Notes: a model not told the origin generated them from the sequence alone. A DNA stretch of 64,000 nt from Desulfobacteraceae bacterium (GCA_022340425.1 JAJDNY010000162.1:11632-75631); one strand, 5' to 3'. Counted from the first letter of the stretch, positions 44,286 through 54,641 are shown. Made by a program: numbers and translations.

Positions 44286-45977
44286 CTACCTCCTTGCTGT
44301 GTCGACCTGCCGCGCCAGGCGGCGGGCCAAGTCTTTGAGACGGTTGAAGTCGCCCGCTTGCGGGGCGTCGAAATGGTGCTGCAGGGCCCGCACGGCGGCC
44401 GGGATGTAGGCCTCGAAAAAGGGTTTACCCTTCACCCGGCTGAGGTGGCCGAAGGCCCCCAGCATCTGCAGGTTGCGGCTGAGGGCGCAGTAGGCGTAGC
44501 CGGCCTGAAAGCGCTCGGGATCGCATCCCAGCCGCCGGCGGGCATAGGCCAGAAGACCCTCCTGGACCGGCGGGGGCAGTTCGACGTAGGGGTCGATCAG
44601 AAGCGCCGCCAGGTCGTATTGCACCGGCCCCGGGCGGGCCCCCTGAAAATCGATGAACCAGGGGCTTTCGCGGTGCCACATGATGTTGCGCGACTGAAGA
44701 TCGCGGTGAATCAGGCCGTCCAAGCCATGGGCCAGCAGGCCGTCGGCCAGGGCGCCGAACTCCACCTGGAACTCGGCCGGCGAGACCTCAAGGCCCAGAT
44801 AGCCCTGCACAAAGGCCGTCAGGAAATAGCGGCACTCGCGCTCCAGGATCAGCTGGCGGTCGAAACGCGGGCCCTGGTAGGCCCAGGCCGGGTCGAAGCC
44901 CGCCGCCCCCCGGGTCCAGAGCGGCAGGACCGCGTCGATCACCCGCCGGTAGATCGCAGTCAGCTCATCGGCCGAGGTGCAGCGCCGGGCGTGCTGCTGG
45001 AGGTTTTCATCCCCCAGGTCCTCCATAAAAACCAAGCCGCTAAAGGCATCGTGAACCCCGATGGCCGGCACCGGCACCCCTTTCCGCTGGAGATGGCGGC
45101 CGATGGCGATAAAGGCATCGGCCTCGCAGGTCTCCAGGCCGGGGCGGATGCCGTGATCGGCTAGAACGAGCGTGCGCTGCTCACAGCCCAGGCGGTACCA
45201 GGCGCGGTCCGAACCGTCGCCGGCCAGCTGCCGGCAGGCGATGGTGTCCGCCGGCGGCGGCGGGTCTTCGGGCCAGCGGCTGCGAAAGGCCCGCACGGCC
45301 AGATGGTCGCGGGCCGCGCGGCGATAGCGCTCGGGGGTGCCCAGGTCATCCCACCGGCAGGGGTCGGCCACGAAGGCCCGGATTTCCCCGCCGCCGGCCA
45401 TCAGCCGGCGGAAGGCATCGATGCTGCTGTAAAAAACGCCCCGCGGGATCAGGTCCAGGATAGCGAGGTCCAGCACCTGGATGCCGGTGAAGGTCAGCCG
45501 GCGTTCCGCGGGCGCCTCCCGATGAAAGCCCGTAACGGTCCCCCGGGAGCTGACGGCGACGGTGTTGAAGCGCGGGCAGTCGGTCAAGGCCAGGGTGACG
45601 GGGTCCGGGTGGCCGCAGTGAAAGCGGTAGACCGCGGCAAGGTCGATATCGGTCAGGATATCGCTGTTGACCACCAGAAAAGGGCGCGCGTCCCAAAAAT
45701 CGGCGAGATTTTGAATGGCCCCGCCGGTGCCCAGGATTTGGGGTTCAAAGCGCGTCCGGACCGGGACCGGGTAGCGCTGGGATTCTATGAAAGCCTCGAT
45801 CCGGGCATGCAGGTGGTGGGTGTTGACCATCACGGCCTCACACCCGCCATTGATCAGCTGCCGGATCAGGTGCTCCAGCAGGGGGCGCCCGTCGATGGGG
45901 AAAAGCGGCTTGGGGGTGTGGTCGCTGTAAGGCCTGAGGCGCGTTCCAAATCCCGCTGCAAGAACAAGGGCTTTCAT
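44286..45977 (-). CDS. Fusion of a sugar-1-phosphate nucleotidyltransferase (MurU-like) and an APH-fold sugar kinase (AmgK-like)
   Basis: The N-terminus is MKALVLAAGFGTRLRPYSDHTPKPLFPI (NTP_transferase). The C-terminal half has the APH-type HRDLQSRNIMW. The MurNAc-recycling function is an inference from similarity to P. putida AmgK/MurU. Confidence 0.6.
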   Translation of the reverse strand: MKALVLAAGFGTRLRPYSDHTPKPLFPIDGRPLLEHLIRQLINGGCEAVMVNTHHLHARIEAFIESQRYPVPVRTRFEPQILGTGGAIQNLADFWDARPFLVVNSDILTDIDLAAVYRFHCGHPDPVTLALTDCPRFNTVAVSSRGTVTGFHREAPAERRLTFTGIQVLDLAILDLIPRGVFYSSIDAFRRLMAGGGEIRAFVADPCRWDDLGTPERYRRAARDHLAVRAFRSRWPEDPPPPADTIACRQLAGDGSDRAWYRLGCEQRTLVLADHGIRPGLETCEADAFIAIGRHLQRKGVPVPAIGVHDAFSGLVFMEDLGDENLQQHARRCTSADELTAIYRRVIDAVLPLWTRGAAGFDPAWAYQGPRFDRQLILERECRYFLTAFVQGYLGLEVSPAEFQVEFGALADGLLAHGLDGLIHRDLQSRNIMWHRESPWFIDFQGARPGPVQYDLAALLIDPYVELPPPVQEGLLAYARRRLGCDPERFQAGYAYCALSRNLQMLGAFGHLSRVKGKPFFEAYIPAAVRALQHHFDAPQAGDFNRLKDLARRLARQVDTARR

Positions 45978-46016
45978 CGTTTCTTTAAAGTGTCGCTTAA
46001 GACCGAGACCAGGGCC

Positions 46017-48665
46017 TCAGGGCGGTAGGTGGCCGAGGTAGTGCTGCACCTTTTCGGCGTAGCGCTGGATCTTCTCCTCGGCGTCGGCATTCCGGATGCC
46101 GTGATAGTTGAGATAGTCGACGGCGTTGGCGTAGTTGATCTTGGAGAGCGCCTCGATGCGCTCCACCGCCTTTTCCTTGTACATTTTGGTCCCCAGCGAC
46201 TGCACCTTTTTCAGTCGGTCTTTCTTGTCCAGCTCCTTTTTGCTGGGCCGCATGAAGGAGTTGAGGGCGATCCAGTAGGACTCGAAGAAGGGCTTCAGGA
46301 AACTGGCGAACTGCCGCAGCTTGCGGTAGCCGGCCGCGGTGAGCTGGTAGGTGTCCGGCAGGCTGCGGTGGGGCATCAGAATCGCGTCGTCGATAAACGC
46401 CTTGAGGGTCTTGCGAACGAAATACTCGGGGGTGCGGTCCACGTCATAGGCGAATTCGTTTTTGAAAAACTCCTGGATGAAGTGGTACTCGCTGTGAAGA
46501 TCCACCGCGGAGAACTGAAAGGCGTCCTTGGCGAGGATCACCAGGCCGGTGATCGCAGCGGGAATGAAAAACGCGATGCAGCTGTTTTGATAGTAGGAAA
46601 GCGCCGTGCGTTTGTTGAGATTGATCTTGAACTCGGTCTCCCCCTCGATGTCCTCCTGCTTGGCGTCGACCTTTTCGATGAATTTGCTCCCGACAAAGGA
46701 GTCGAGCGCATTTTCAATCGCCCGGGTCTGGTCCATTAGGAGGGTGTCGGCCAGGGACACGCCCTGCGAAGAGAGATAACTCAGGTAGGTTTCGATGATC
46801 TCCGAAAGCTGCTGGTAGGTCAGGCGCTCCTTGGAGGCATTGAGCAGGGCGCTGGCCGCCAGGGCGTGGGGGGTGACCACCGTGACGGCGTTGATGGCGT
46901 TGACGATGCGAAAGCCCAGGTTGCGGCAGAGGATGTTCTGCTCCTTGCTGGACATTTCCGTGAAGGGGGTTTCAAAACGGGTCAGCACGTCCTTGATTGA
47001 GATCGGCTCGTTGAACTTGATGTAGATCCGGCCGAAGCGCTTTTTGAGGAACTTGCGCGCTTTGAGGACCTGCCAAAAATTCTCGGGCTCCTTCTGCCCG
47101 CCCTGGATCTCGTGCAGGTAGGCGTTTTCTTCCAAAACCCGGTCGTAGCCGATGTAGATCGGGGCGAAGATCATGTCTTCGCAGACCCCCTCGCGGTAGG
47201 CGCTCAAAATGATCGAGAGCAGGCCGAGCTTGGGCAGGATCAGCTTGCCGGTGCGGCTACGTCCGCCTTCGATGAAAAACTCGATGTTGAAACCTTCGGC
47301 CAAAAGCCAGCAGACGTATTCCGAAAACACCCTGGAATAGAGGACCGCGCCCTTGAAGGTGCGGCGGATGAAAAAAGCCCCGCCGCCCCGGAAAAAGGGC
47401 CCCACCGGCCAGAAGGAAAGATTTTTGCCGGCGGCGATGTGGGGACACGGCATGTTGTTGTGGTAGAGGATGTAGGAGAGAATCAGGTAGTCGATGTGGC
47501 TCTTGTGGCAGGGAATGAAGATCACGGGGCCGCGCTGGGCCATGGTTTTGACGCGGTTGAGGGCGTCGCGGTTGACGCTCACGCCCTCGAACATCGATTC
47601 CAGAAACCAGCGCACCAGGATGGCCCCGAACTTGATGACGAAGTTGTTGTACTTGGCCGCGATCTCATCGATGTAGCCGTCGGCCTCCTTGCGCACCTTG
47701 TGGAGCGGCAGCTCGCGTTTGGCCGCATACTGCTCCATGAACTCCTGCAGCCGTTCGCTGGTCAGAATCTGCTCCCTGAGCTCCTCCTGAGTCTTGAGAA
47801 TCGGCCCGGTGATGCTCTGGCGGTGGCGGTTGATCTGCCGCAAAAGCTCCTGGCGCAGCAGCACGGCCTGCTGCTCCGGGTCGCGCTCGCGGATCTCGGG
47901 GTTTCCGATGAACTGCCGCAGATTCAGCGGCTGGGAGACCTCCACGAACACGTTGCCGGGGTTCTTGAAAAGGACCATGAGCTTGCGGATTTTGCGCGGG
48001 TTCTCGCGGGACCCAAGAAAAATATCCACGATCGAGGGGATCGAACGATAAGGCTCCCGGCCAAAGAGCATCAGCTGCGGCACCAGGAAAATCGGCCGAT
48101 CCAGCGTCTTCTGAATTTCGATCAGGTGCTGAACCGGATCGGTGTGGGCCTTGACGAAGCGGCGGTGAAACCCCTTCTTTTCGACCAAGGAGAGAAAGGC
48201 GGTCTGGCCGCCGGCCATCGCCGCGCGCAAATAGCCGCTGCGGTATGGGTCGAGCAGCTTCCAGTGTTTGAAAAAATAGTGCGCGTGGGCCAGCAGCATG
48301 CGCAGGATGCGCGACACGGGCTGCCAGATCAAAAAGCGGTAGTCCAGCCCGATCTCGGGGTAACGCAGTTTCTCGCGCTGGTAGCGCGTGAAATAGAACC
48401 AGAACTCGAAGGTGCTCTTGTACTTGCCGGTGTAAACGATGGTCGCCTCGGGCGGCAGAGCCTTCAACAACGCCAGTTGACCGGCATCGATCTTGATGCC
48501 GGAGTAGAACATGTTCATCAGCAGACCCGCCAGAAACCCGATCTTGCCGGGGACGGTGCAGCTGAAATGGTGGTAGGTCCCCTGCAGGGCCTTCCCGACC
48601 CACCGCCCAAGCCGGCCGCGAGCCGGAGCCAAAGCACCGGGTTGTGATGGTTGGGATTGATCCAT
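46017..48665 (-). CDS. plsB: Glycerol-3-phosphate 1-O-acyltransferase
   Basis: 882 aa. HKSHIDYLIL (HX4D acyltransferase motif), FFIEGGRSRTGK and a PlsB-like length. Confidence 0.8.
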   Translation of the reverse strand: MDQSQPSQPGALAPARGRLGRWVGKALQGTYHHFSCTVPGKIGFLAGLLMNMFYSGIKIDAGQLALLKALPPEATIVYTGKYKSTFEFWFYFTRYQREKLRYPEIGLDYRFLIWQPVSRILRMLLAHAHYFFKHWKLLDPYRSGYLRAAMAGGQTAFLSLVEKKGFHRRFVKAHTDPVQHLIEIQKTLDRPIFLVPQLMLFGREPYRSIPSIVDIFLGSRENPRKIRKLMVLFKNPGNVFVEVSQPLNLRQFIGNPEIRERDPEQQAVLLRQELLRQINRHRQSITGPILKTQEELREQILTSERLQEFMEQYAAKRELPLHKVRKEADGYIDEIAAKYNNFVIKFGAILVRWFLESMFEGVSVNRDALNRVKTMAQRGPVIFIPCHKSHIDYLILSYILYHNNMPCPHIAAGKNLSFWPVGPFFRGGGAFFIRRTFKGAVLYSRVFSEYVCWLLAEGFNIEFFIEGGRSRTGKLILPKLGLLSIILSAYREGVCEDMIFAPIYIGYDRVLEENAYLHEIQGGQKEPENFWQVLKARKFLKKRFGRIYIKFNEPISIKDVLTRFETPFTEMSSKEQNILCRNLGFRIVNAINAVTVVTPHALAASALLNASKERLTYQQLSEIIETYLSYLSSQGVSLADTLLMDQTRAIENALDSFVGSKFIEKVDAKQEDIEGETEFKINLNKRTALSYYQNSCIAFFIPAAITGLVILAKDAFQFSAVDLHSEYHFIQEFFKNEFAYDVDRTPEYFVRKTLKAFIDDAILMPHRSLPDTYQLTAAGYRKLRQFASFLKPFFESYWIALNSFMRPSKKELDKKDRLKKVQSLGTKMYKEKAVERIEALSKINYANAVDYLNYHGIRNADAEEKIQRYAEKVQHYLGHLPP

Positions 48666-48902
48666 TTTGCGATCCGCTTGATATGTTCGATGCTGGCTGA
48701 TATCGTAGATAAATGGAACACAGGGGCGGGCGAAATCGGCCCGATGGACGTCACACCGCTGGCAGACTGAAAGGGCAAAAGGGGCGGCCGGGGGCGATCA
48801 GGAGCCTTTGAATTAACAAAAAGGCGGCGGGTTTGCAATAACTCATTTTAAACCCCGCGCCCGGCCGGCTTTCCACCGCCCCGGGGAAAGAATATTTCCC
48901 CA

Positions 48903-49062
48903 AAATTGATGAAGCGGTAAAAAGTCAAAAACCTGACGGTTTCGTAGAAAGGTCAAGTTACGGCGCGCAAATCTCGAGGAGTGAGGCCTACTTATGTACG
49001 CCGCAGCGACTTCGAGATGCAGCGCAACGCAGAAATTGGCCTTTCTACAGAACCGTCAAAAT
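48903..49062 (-). repeat. Dispersed ~160-bp imperfect-palindrome element, copy A (inverted relative to copy B)
   Basis: The reverse complement shares long identical blocks with 58569..58728, for example GGCCAATTTCTGCGTTGCGCTGCATCTCGAAGTCGCTGCG and CCTCACTCCTCGAGATTTGCGCGCCGTAACTTGACCTTT. Confidence 0.75.
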
Positions 49063-49324
49063 TTAAGCTTGCGTTACCGATACGGTTGTGGTATTTCCTG
49101 AGATCATTTTGAAAACGACTTCTAAAAGAGTATATCTACCGGATATTATTTTAAATTTCGGCATACTTAGACGAGTCAAAAGCAGGTCGGGTGGGTTGGC
49201 TGGCATTTGTCGCAAGTGGTTTGCCCCGCTGGCGTCCGGGCGGGAACAATTCATCGGGAAACAGGGCATTTCAATCGAGAAAATACAACTCAATCATGGC
49301 CACGTTAAAGGAGGATGATTTTCT

Positions 49325-49612
49325 ATGAAAACGTTAATTGGTGGTGCAGTCGCTGCTGTTCTGGGTCTCATTGGCCTGTCGGTGTGGTGGAAACCTTTTC
49401 TGCAGCTTTTGGCGGGCGCAATCCCGATCATGCTTCTGCTTGGCGGTGGATTGGCGCTTTACCTGGGCTTTGACGAACTCAAAGACTCCTGGAAAAAAGA
49501 TGAGACGACAAGCGATGTGACTGAGAGCGCCACGGATGACGTTGATCAATACAAAAAGGAAATCGACGACCTCAAAAAAGAGATCGAAACCCTGAAGGGC
49601 GAGAAAGCCTGA
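49325..49612 (+). CDS. Small membrane protein (2 TM + acidic coiled-coil tail)
   Basis: 95 aa with a GGAGG RBS (AAAGGAGGATGATTTTCT ATG). A strong terminator follows. Confidence 0.55.
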   Translation: MKTLIGGAVAAVLGLIGLSVWWKPFLQLLAGAIPIMLLLGGGLALYLGFDELKDSWKKDETTSDVTESATDDVDQYKKEIDDLKKEIETLKGEKA

Positions 49613-49657
49613 TCCTTCCCGATCCATAGATCCAAGAACGCTATCCTTAGTCAAAAA

Positions 49658-49688
49658 CCCTGCACATGCTCGTGTGCAGGGTTTTTTG
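49658..49688 (+). terminator. Rho-independent terminator
   Basis: CCCTGCACA-TGCTCG-TGTGCAGGG followed by TTTTTTGTT. Confidence 0.75.
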
Positions 49689-49760
49689 TTGCCCGCCCGC
49701 CCCCGCCCTTTGACCGCAATTCCGCCTGCGGGTAACGGGCTTGAATGGATCGGTGAAAGC

Positions 49761-50936
49761 TCAGCCATAGAGCAGATATTTCGCCCGCATCTCTCTGAAG
49801 CGGTTGAGCTCAGGCTCCCAGGCGGCCGCCAGGGTGCGCACGGGCACCCCCGCGGCCAACTGCCGATGTAAACTTGTGGCGCCGGTGAGCAGCACGATGG
49901 GCAATTTCTCGAATTCGTACTCGTAGGGCGGCTGCCGCCAGGCAAACTCCGCGGGGTGACAGGCCAGCACGGCCCGCAGCAGTTCAAGGGTAGCCTCGTA
50001 TGGGCGGTAGCGGGCTGGGTCGGTAACATGTATCTGGAAACCGTGGCAGGCGCTGCCGGACCACTTGCTGGCGGTTGGCTCGAACACCAGCGGCCGCAGC
50101 CAGATCCCTGAAAGTTCCGCCTTGTCCACGGCGGCCAGAATCTTGCGGGTATCGAAAAAGGGGGCGCCGAAGACCTCAAAGGGCTGGGTGGTGCCGCGCC
50201 CCTCGGAGACATTGGTCCCCTCCCAGAGCACCTGACCGGGGTAGACCCGGGCCGCGGCCGGTGTGGGCAGGTTGGGCGACGGGGGCACCCAGGGAAGACC
50301 CGTGGCCGCAAAATCCATCCAACGCCGCCAGCCTGTAAGCGGCACCACGTCCAGCTCGCAGCAAACGCCGAAGGCCTGGTTGAAAAGGCCGGTGAGCTCG
50401 CCCAGGGTGAGACCGTGGCGCATGGGAATGGGATAGCGCCCCACGAACGAGACCGTTTCGGAATCAAGGCAGTTGCCTTCCACCTGGATCCCGTCGATGG
50501 GGTTGGGGCGGTCCAGGATCACCACCCGCTTGCCGAATTTGCGGGCAGCCTCCAGGCAGTAGGAGACGGTGTAAACAAAGGTGTAGACCCGCGTGCCGAC
50601 ATCCTGCAGGTCCACCAGCAAGAGGTCGATCGGCGCCAGCATCTCCTCCGTGGGTACCCGCGTCTGGCCGTAGAGGCTGAAGACCGGCAAACCGGAGACG
50701 GGGTCCGTGATGTGGTCGGACTCGATCATGTTGTCTTGCTTTTCGGCAAAAAAGCCGTGCTGGGGGGAGTAGAGGGCTTTCAACTGGCCGGGAAAGCGAG
50801 CCTGGATCAGATCGCGGGCGTGACGCAAGCGGTGGTCCACCGAAGCCGGGTTGCACAGCAGGCCCAGCCGCTGACCGGCCAGCCAAGCCGGGGGGTGGGT
50901 CAGCAGTTTTTCAAGACCGGTTTGAACCTGCACCAT
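49761..50936 (-). CDS. DUF1343 family protein (exo-beta-N-acetylmuramidase NamZ-like)
   Basis: The start is the internal ATG (MVQVQTGLEKLL...GLLCNPASV) with a GGGGGA RBS. The length and conserved blocks fit DUF1343. Confidence 0.65.
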   Translation of the reverse strand: MVQVQTGLEKLLTHPPAWLAGQRLGLLCNPASVDHRLRHARDLIQARFPGQLKALYSPQHGFFAEKQDNMIESDHITDPVSGLPVFSLYGQTRVPTEEMLAPIDLLLVDLQDVGTRVYTFVYTVSYCLEAARKFGKRVVILDRPNPIDGIQVEGNCLDSETVSFVGRYPIPMRHGLTLGELTGLFNQAFGVCCELDVVPLTGWRRWMDFAATGLPWVPPSPNLPTPAAARVYPGQVLWEGTNVSEGRGTTQPFEVFGAPFFDTRKILAAVDKAELSGIWLRPLVFEPTASKWSGSACHGFQIHVTDPARYRPYEATLELLRAVLACHPAEFAWRQPPYEYEFEKLPIVLLTGATSLHRQLAAGVPVRTLAAAWEPELNRFREMRAKYLLYG

Positions 50937-51073
50937 GGTGTTTCCCCCTTTTCGCCTGCTCCGTTGCGGATGTTCAAGCGCATGCCGGGTGGATCGCCTT
51001 GCCCCGGGCGCCCGCGGCTGTCTGCCGATCCGCCAAGGGTTTGTTTTAGCACAAGGCGCGTCGCCGCCCAAAC

Positions 51074-51130
51074 AAAATTGACAATTCCGTAGAAAAGGTT
51101 AATTTCCGCGTTGCGCCGCATCCCGAAGCC
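51074..51130 (+). repeat. Partial or diverged third copy (left arm) of the dispersed element
   Basis: TTGACAATTCCGTAGAAAAGGTTAATTTCCGCGTTGCGCCGCATCCCGAAG compares with copy B TTGACAGTTCCGTAAAATGGCCAATTTCTGCGTTGCGCTGCATCTCGAAG. Confidence 0.5.
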
Positions 51131-51238
51131 CGGAGCAAGTCGGAGGACCCACTGGCCGCCGGCGGCTTTAAAAGGCTTGACATTGTTCCTATTAAAAAAT
51201 AGTGAATTGGCTTTGTCCAGTTTATGTGAGGCGAAGCG

Positions 51239-51955
51239 TTGGGACTGAATTTAAAAGGTGTGGTCATCATCGTCGGCAATTACGGCAGCGGCAAATCCGA
51301 AGTCGCCGTCAACCTGGCGGTGCACAGCCGGCGGGCCGGCCGCTCGGTTCGGATCGCCGATCTGGACCTGGTCAACCCCTATTTCCGGACCCGCGAAGCC
51401 CGAGGGCCGCTCACAGCCCTGGGCATCGAAGTCGTACTGCCGCCGGAGCGCTACCTGCACGCGGACCTGCCCATTTTGGACCCTGCCGTGGCGGGGGCTA
51501 TTCTGGCCCCGGGGGACATCACCATTTTGGATGTGGGCGGTGACGGGGTCGGCGCCACCGTGCTGGCGGCACTGGCCGATGCCTTCCGCAAGCACCCGCC
51601 GCGCATGCTGCAGGTGGTCAATCCCTACCGGCCGTTTACCGAAACCCTCCAGGGCTGCCAGCAGATTCGCGCCCAAATTGAATCCGCCGCCCGCATGACC
51701 GTGGATGGCTTTGTGGGCAACGCCAATCTGATGGACGAAACCACCGCCCACCACATCTACGATGGCTACCAATTCGTCCGGGAACTGGCCGCTGCCGCGG
51801 CCCTGCCGCTGGAGTTCGTCACCGCGGCAGCGCCCCTGCTGCCCCACCTGGACCGCAGCCGGTTTGCCTGCCCGCTGCTGCCCATCGAGCGCCAACTGGT
51901 GACACCCTGGGTCAAGGCGGCGCCGCTGGGACCCAAAAACCTGCGTGTGGTCTGA
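51239..51955 (+). CDS. P-loop NTPase (MinD/ParA-like SIMIBI class), function unknown
   Basis: The Walker A is VGNYGSGKSE, followed by IADLDLVNPYF. The TTG start in the track is uncertain. Confidence 0.5.
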   Translation: MGLNLKGVVIIVGNYGSGKSEVAVNLAVHSRRAGRSVRIADLDLVNPYFRTREARGPLTALGIEVVLPPERYLHADLPILDPAVAGAILAPGDITILDVGGDGVGATVLAALADAFRKHPPRMLQVVNPYRPFTETLQGCQQIRAQIESAARMTVDGFVGNANLMDETTAHHIYDGYQFVRELAAAAALPLEFVTAAAPLLPHLDRSRFACPLLPIERQLVTPWVKAAPLGPKNLRVV

Positions 51956-52015
51956 TTCCCGGGGCAAAACCGGTCGGCATCCCCATTTTTTCTACTGCGA
52001 AGGAGTTGAAGATTC

Positions 52016-52255
52016 ATGAAGTACAAACACATTGTCGACAGCGATCGCTGCAAGGGCTGCGGGCTGTGCGTGGACATCTGCCCCAAGAACGTCCTGGAAA
52101 TTTCCAAGCAGGTCAACACCAAAGGCTATTTCCCGGTGTACCAGGCGCGGCCAGAGGACTGCATCTTCTGCTCGGCCTGCTGCATCATGTGCCCGGACGT
52201 TGCCATCACCATCATCGCGATAGCCGAGGAAAAAGAAAAGGCGCAATCAGCTTAG
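52016..52255 (+). CDS. 2-oxoacid:ferredoxin oxidoreductase delta subunit (2x[4Fe-4S] ferredoxin)
   Basis: CKGCGLCVDICP and CIFCSACCIMCP cluster motifs. Confidence 0.8.
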   Translation: MKYKHIVDSDRCKGCGLCVDICPKNVLEISKQVNTKGYFPVYQARPEDCIFCSACCIMCPDVAITIIAIAEEKEKAQSA

Positions 52256-52269
52256 GACGGAGAAAAAAT

Positions 52270-53349
52270 ATGGGCAAGATTTTGATGAAGGGAAACGAGG
52301 CCATCGGCGAGGCGGCCATCAGGGCCGGCTGCCTGAACTACTTTGCCTATCCGATTACCCCGCAATCCGAGGTGGCCGAGTATCTCGCCCGCCGGATGCC
52401 CGAGGTCAACGGCGTCTTTCTTCAAGGCGAAAGCGAAGTCGCCGTCGCTTATATGCTGTTCGGGGCCGCCGGCTGCGGGGAGCGGGTCTTCACCTCGTCC
52501 TCGAGCCCCGGCATCAGTCTGATGAGCGAGGGGTTGAGCTACATCGCGGGCGCCCAGCTGCCGGTGGTGTTCGTCAATATCATGCGCGGCGGCCCCGGCC
52601 TGGGCGGCATCCTGCCCTCCCAGGGGGACTACTTTCAGGCCACCAAGGGCGGCGGCCACGGGGATTACCACCTGCTGGTGATGGCGCCGGCCAGCGTTCA
52701 GGAAACCGTCGAGATGGTGATGCAGGCATTTCCGCTGGCGGAGAAATACCGCAACCCGGTCATGATCCTGGGCGACGGCCTGATCGGCCAGATGATGGAG
52801 CCGGTGGCCTTTCCCGACCACCTACAGGTCCCTGCCAGCGACAAAAGCGCCTGGGCCACCAGCGGCATCGACACCCGTAAGGGCGGGGACCGCAACCTGG
52901 TCAAATCCCTCTACCTGGACCCCAAGGTGCTCAACGACCACAACCTCCTCTTGAAGTCCAAATACGAGCGCATGGCCCGGGAGGAGATCCGCTTCGAGCC
53001 TTACAACCTCGACGCCGACTACGAGGTACTGATCGTCAGCTACGGCACCATGAGCCGGGTCTGCCGCACCACCATCGACGCCCTCAAAGAGCGCGGCGTC
53101 GATGTCGGCATGCTGCGCCCCCAGACCCTGTTTCCCTTCCCGCTGCAGGCGATCCGCGAGGCGGCGGCCAAACCCAGCTGCAAGGTGGTGGTCAGCATCG
53201 AGATGAGCATGGGCCAGATGGTCGAAGATGTCGAACGCGCGGTTCAGGGCCAGCGGCCGGTCACCTGGTACGGCAAGTGCGGCGGCGATGTGCCCACCCC
53301 GGAGGAAATTGCGGACGTCGTTCTCGAACTCGGAAAAAAAGGAGCATAA
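52270..53349 (+). CDS. 2-oxoacid:ferredoxin oxidoreductase alpha subunit (Kor/Vor type)
   Basis: The start is the internal ATG (MGKILMKGNEAIGEAAIRAGC...YPITPQSE). The track ORF start at 52006 is in a frame overlapping the delta gene and is rejected. Confidence 0.85.
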   Translation: MGKILMKGNEAIGEAAIRAGCLNYFAYPITPQSEVAEYLARRMPEVNGVFLQGESEVAVAYMLFGAAGCGERVFTSSSSPGISLMSEGLSYIAGAQLPVVFVNIMRGGPGLGGILPSQGDYFQATKGGGHGDYHLLVMAPASVQETVEMVMQAFPLAEKYRNPVMILGDGLIGQMMEPVAFPDHLQVPASDKSAWATSGIDTRKGGDRNLVKSLYLDPKVLNDHNLLLKSKYERMAREEIRFEPYNLDADYEVLIVSYGTMSRVCRTTIDALKERGVDVGMLRPQTLFPFPLQAIREAAAKPSCKVVVSIEMSMGQMVEDVERAVQGQRPVTWYGKCGGDVPTPEEIADVVLELGKKGA

Positions 53350-53352
53350 AAG

Positions 53353-54090
53353 ATGGGTAAAACCTTCAAAAAACCGGAGTCGCTGACCGACGTGCCCACC
53401 CATTACTGCCCGGGCTGCACCCACGGTGTGATCCACCGGCTGGTGGCCGAGGTGATCGACGAACTGGGGATCCGGGGCCGCACGGTGGGCATCGCACCGG
53501 TGGGCTGCGCCGTTCTGGCCTACAACTACTTCAACTTCGATTTCCAGGAGGCGGCCCACGGCCGCGCACCGGCCATGGCCACGGGCATCAAACGGGTGCG
53601 CCCCGATTTGATGGTCTTCACCTACCAGGGAGACGGGGACCTGGCCAGCATCGGCATGGCCGAGATTGTCCACGCTGCCAACCGCGGCGAAAAATTCACC
53701 ACGGTTTTCGTCAACAACGCCGTTTACGGCATGACCGGCGGCCAGATGGCGCCCACCACGATGCCCAACCAGCGCACCACCACCTCCCCCTTCGGCCGCA
53801 AGGTCGAGGAGACCGGCATGCCCATCCGGATGGCCGAGCTGCTGGCCTCGCTGCAAACCCCGGCTTACATCGCCCGGCAGACGGTGCTCAAGCCGAAGTA
53901 CATCGTCAAGGCCAAAAAGTGCCTCAAAAAGGCGTTTCAGTACCAGCTGGAAGGCCGCTGCTTCAGCTTTGTGGAAATGGTCAGCACCTGCCCGACCAAC
54001 TGGGGACTAACACCCAGCGAAGCGGTCAAGTGGTCGGAGGAAACCCTGTTGCCCTACTACCAGCTGGGTGAATTCAAAACCCCCGAGTAG
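53353..54090 (+). CDS. 2-oxoacid:ferredoxin oxidoreductase beta subunit (TPP-binding)
   Basis: YCPGCTHG...GDGD...NNAVYGMTGGQ. Confidence 0.85.
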   Translation: MGKTFKKPESLTDVPTHYCPGCTHGVIHRLVAEVIDELGIRGRTVGIAPVGCAVLAYNYFNFDFQEAAHGRAPAMATGIKRVRPDLMVFTYQGDGDLASIGMAEIVHAANRGEKFTTVFVNNAVYGMTGGQMAPTTMPNQRTTTSPFGRKVEETGMPIRMAELLASLQTPAYIARQTVLKPKYIVKAKKCLKKAFQYQLEGRCFSFVEMVSTCPTNWGLTPSEAVKWSEETLLPYYQLGEFKTPE

Positions 54091-54104
54091 CCCGAGGAGA
54101 GGAT

Positions 54105-54641
<537 letters not shown>

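Noticed and set aside
43578-45164. 528-aa plus ORF, and similar long ORFs at 47112..48647, 39631..41040, 24049..25296, 21703..23151, 16631..17812 and 8203..9183
   Set aside because: Each lies antisense to, or out of frame with, a confidently recognised gene (dapB/murU-amgK, plsB, the kinase, TIR, alaS, the M20 peptidase and ALDH). They are high-GC shadow ORFs.
49334-50467. 377-aa minus ORF overlapping the small membrane gene and namZ
   Set aside because: It is an alternative frame of the DUF1343 gene with Pro/Arg/Ser/Cys-rich composition. The in-frame DUF1343 reading (49761..50936) has recognisable conserved blocks and an RBS.
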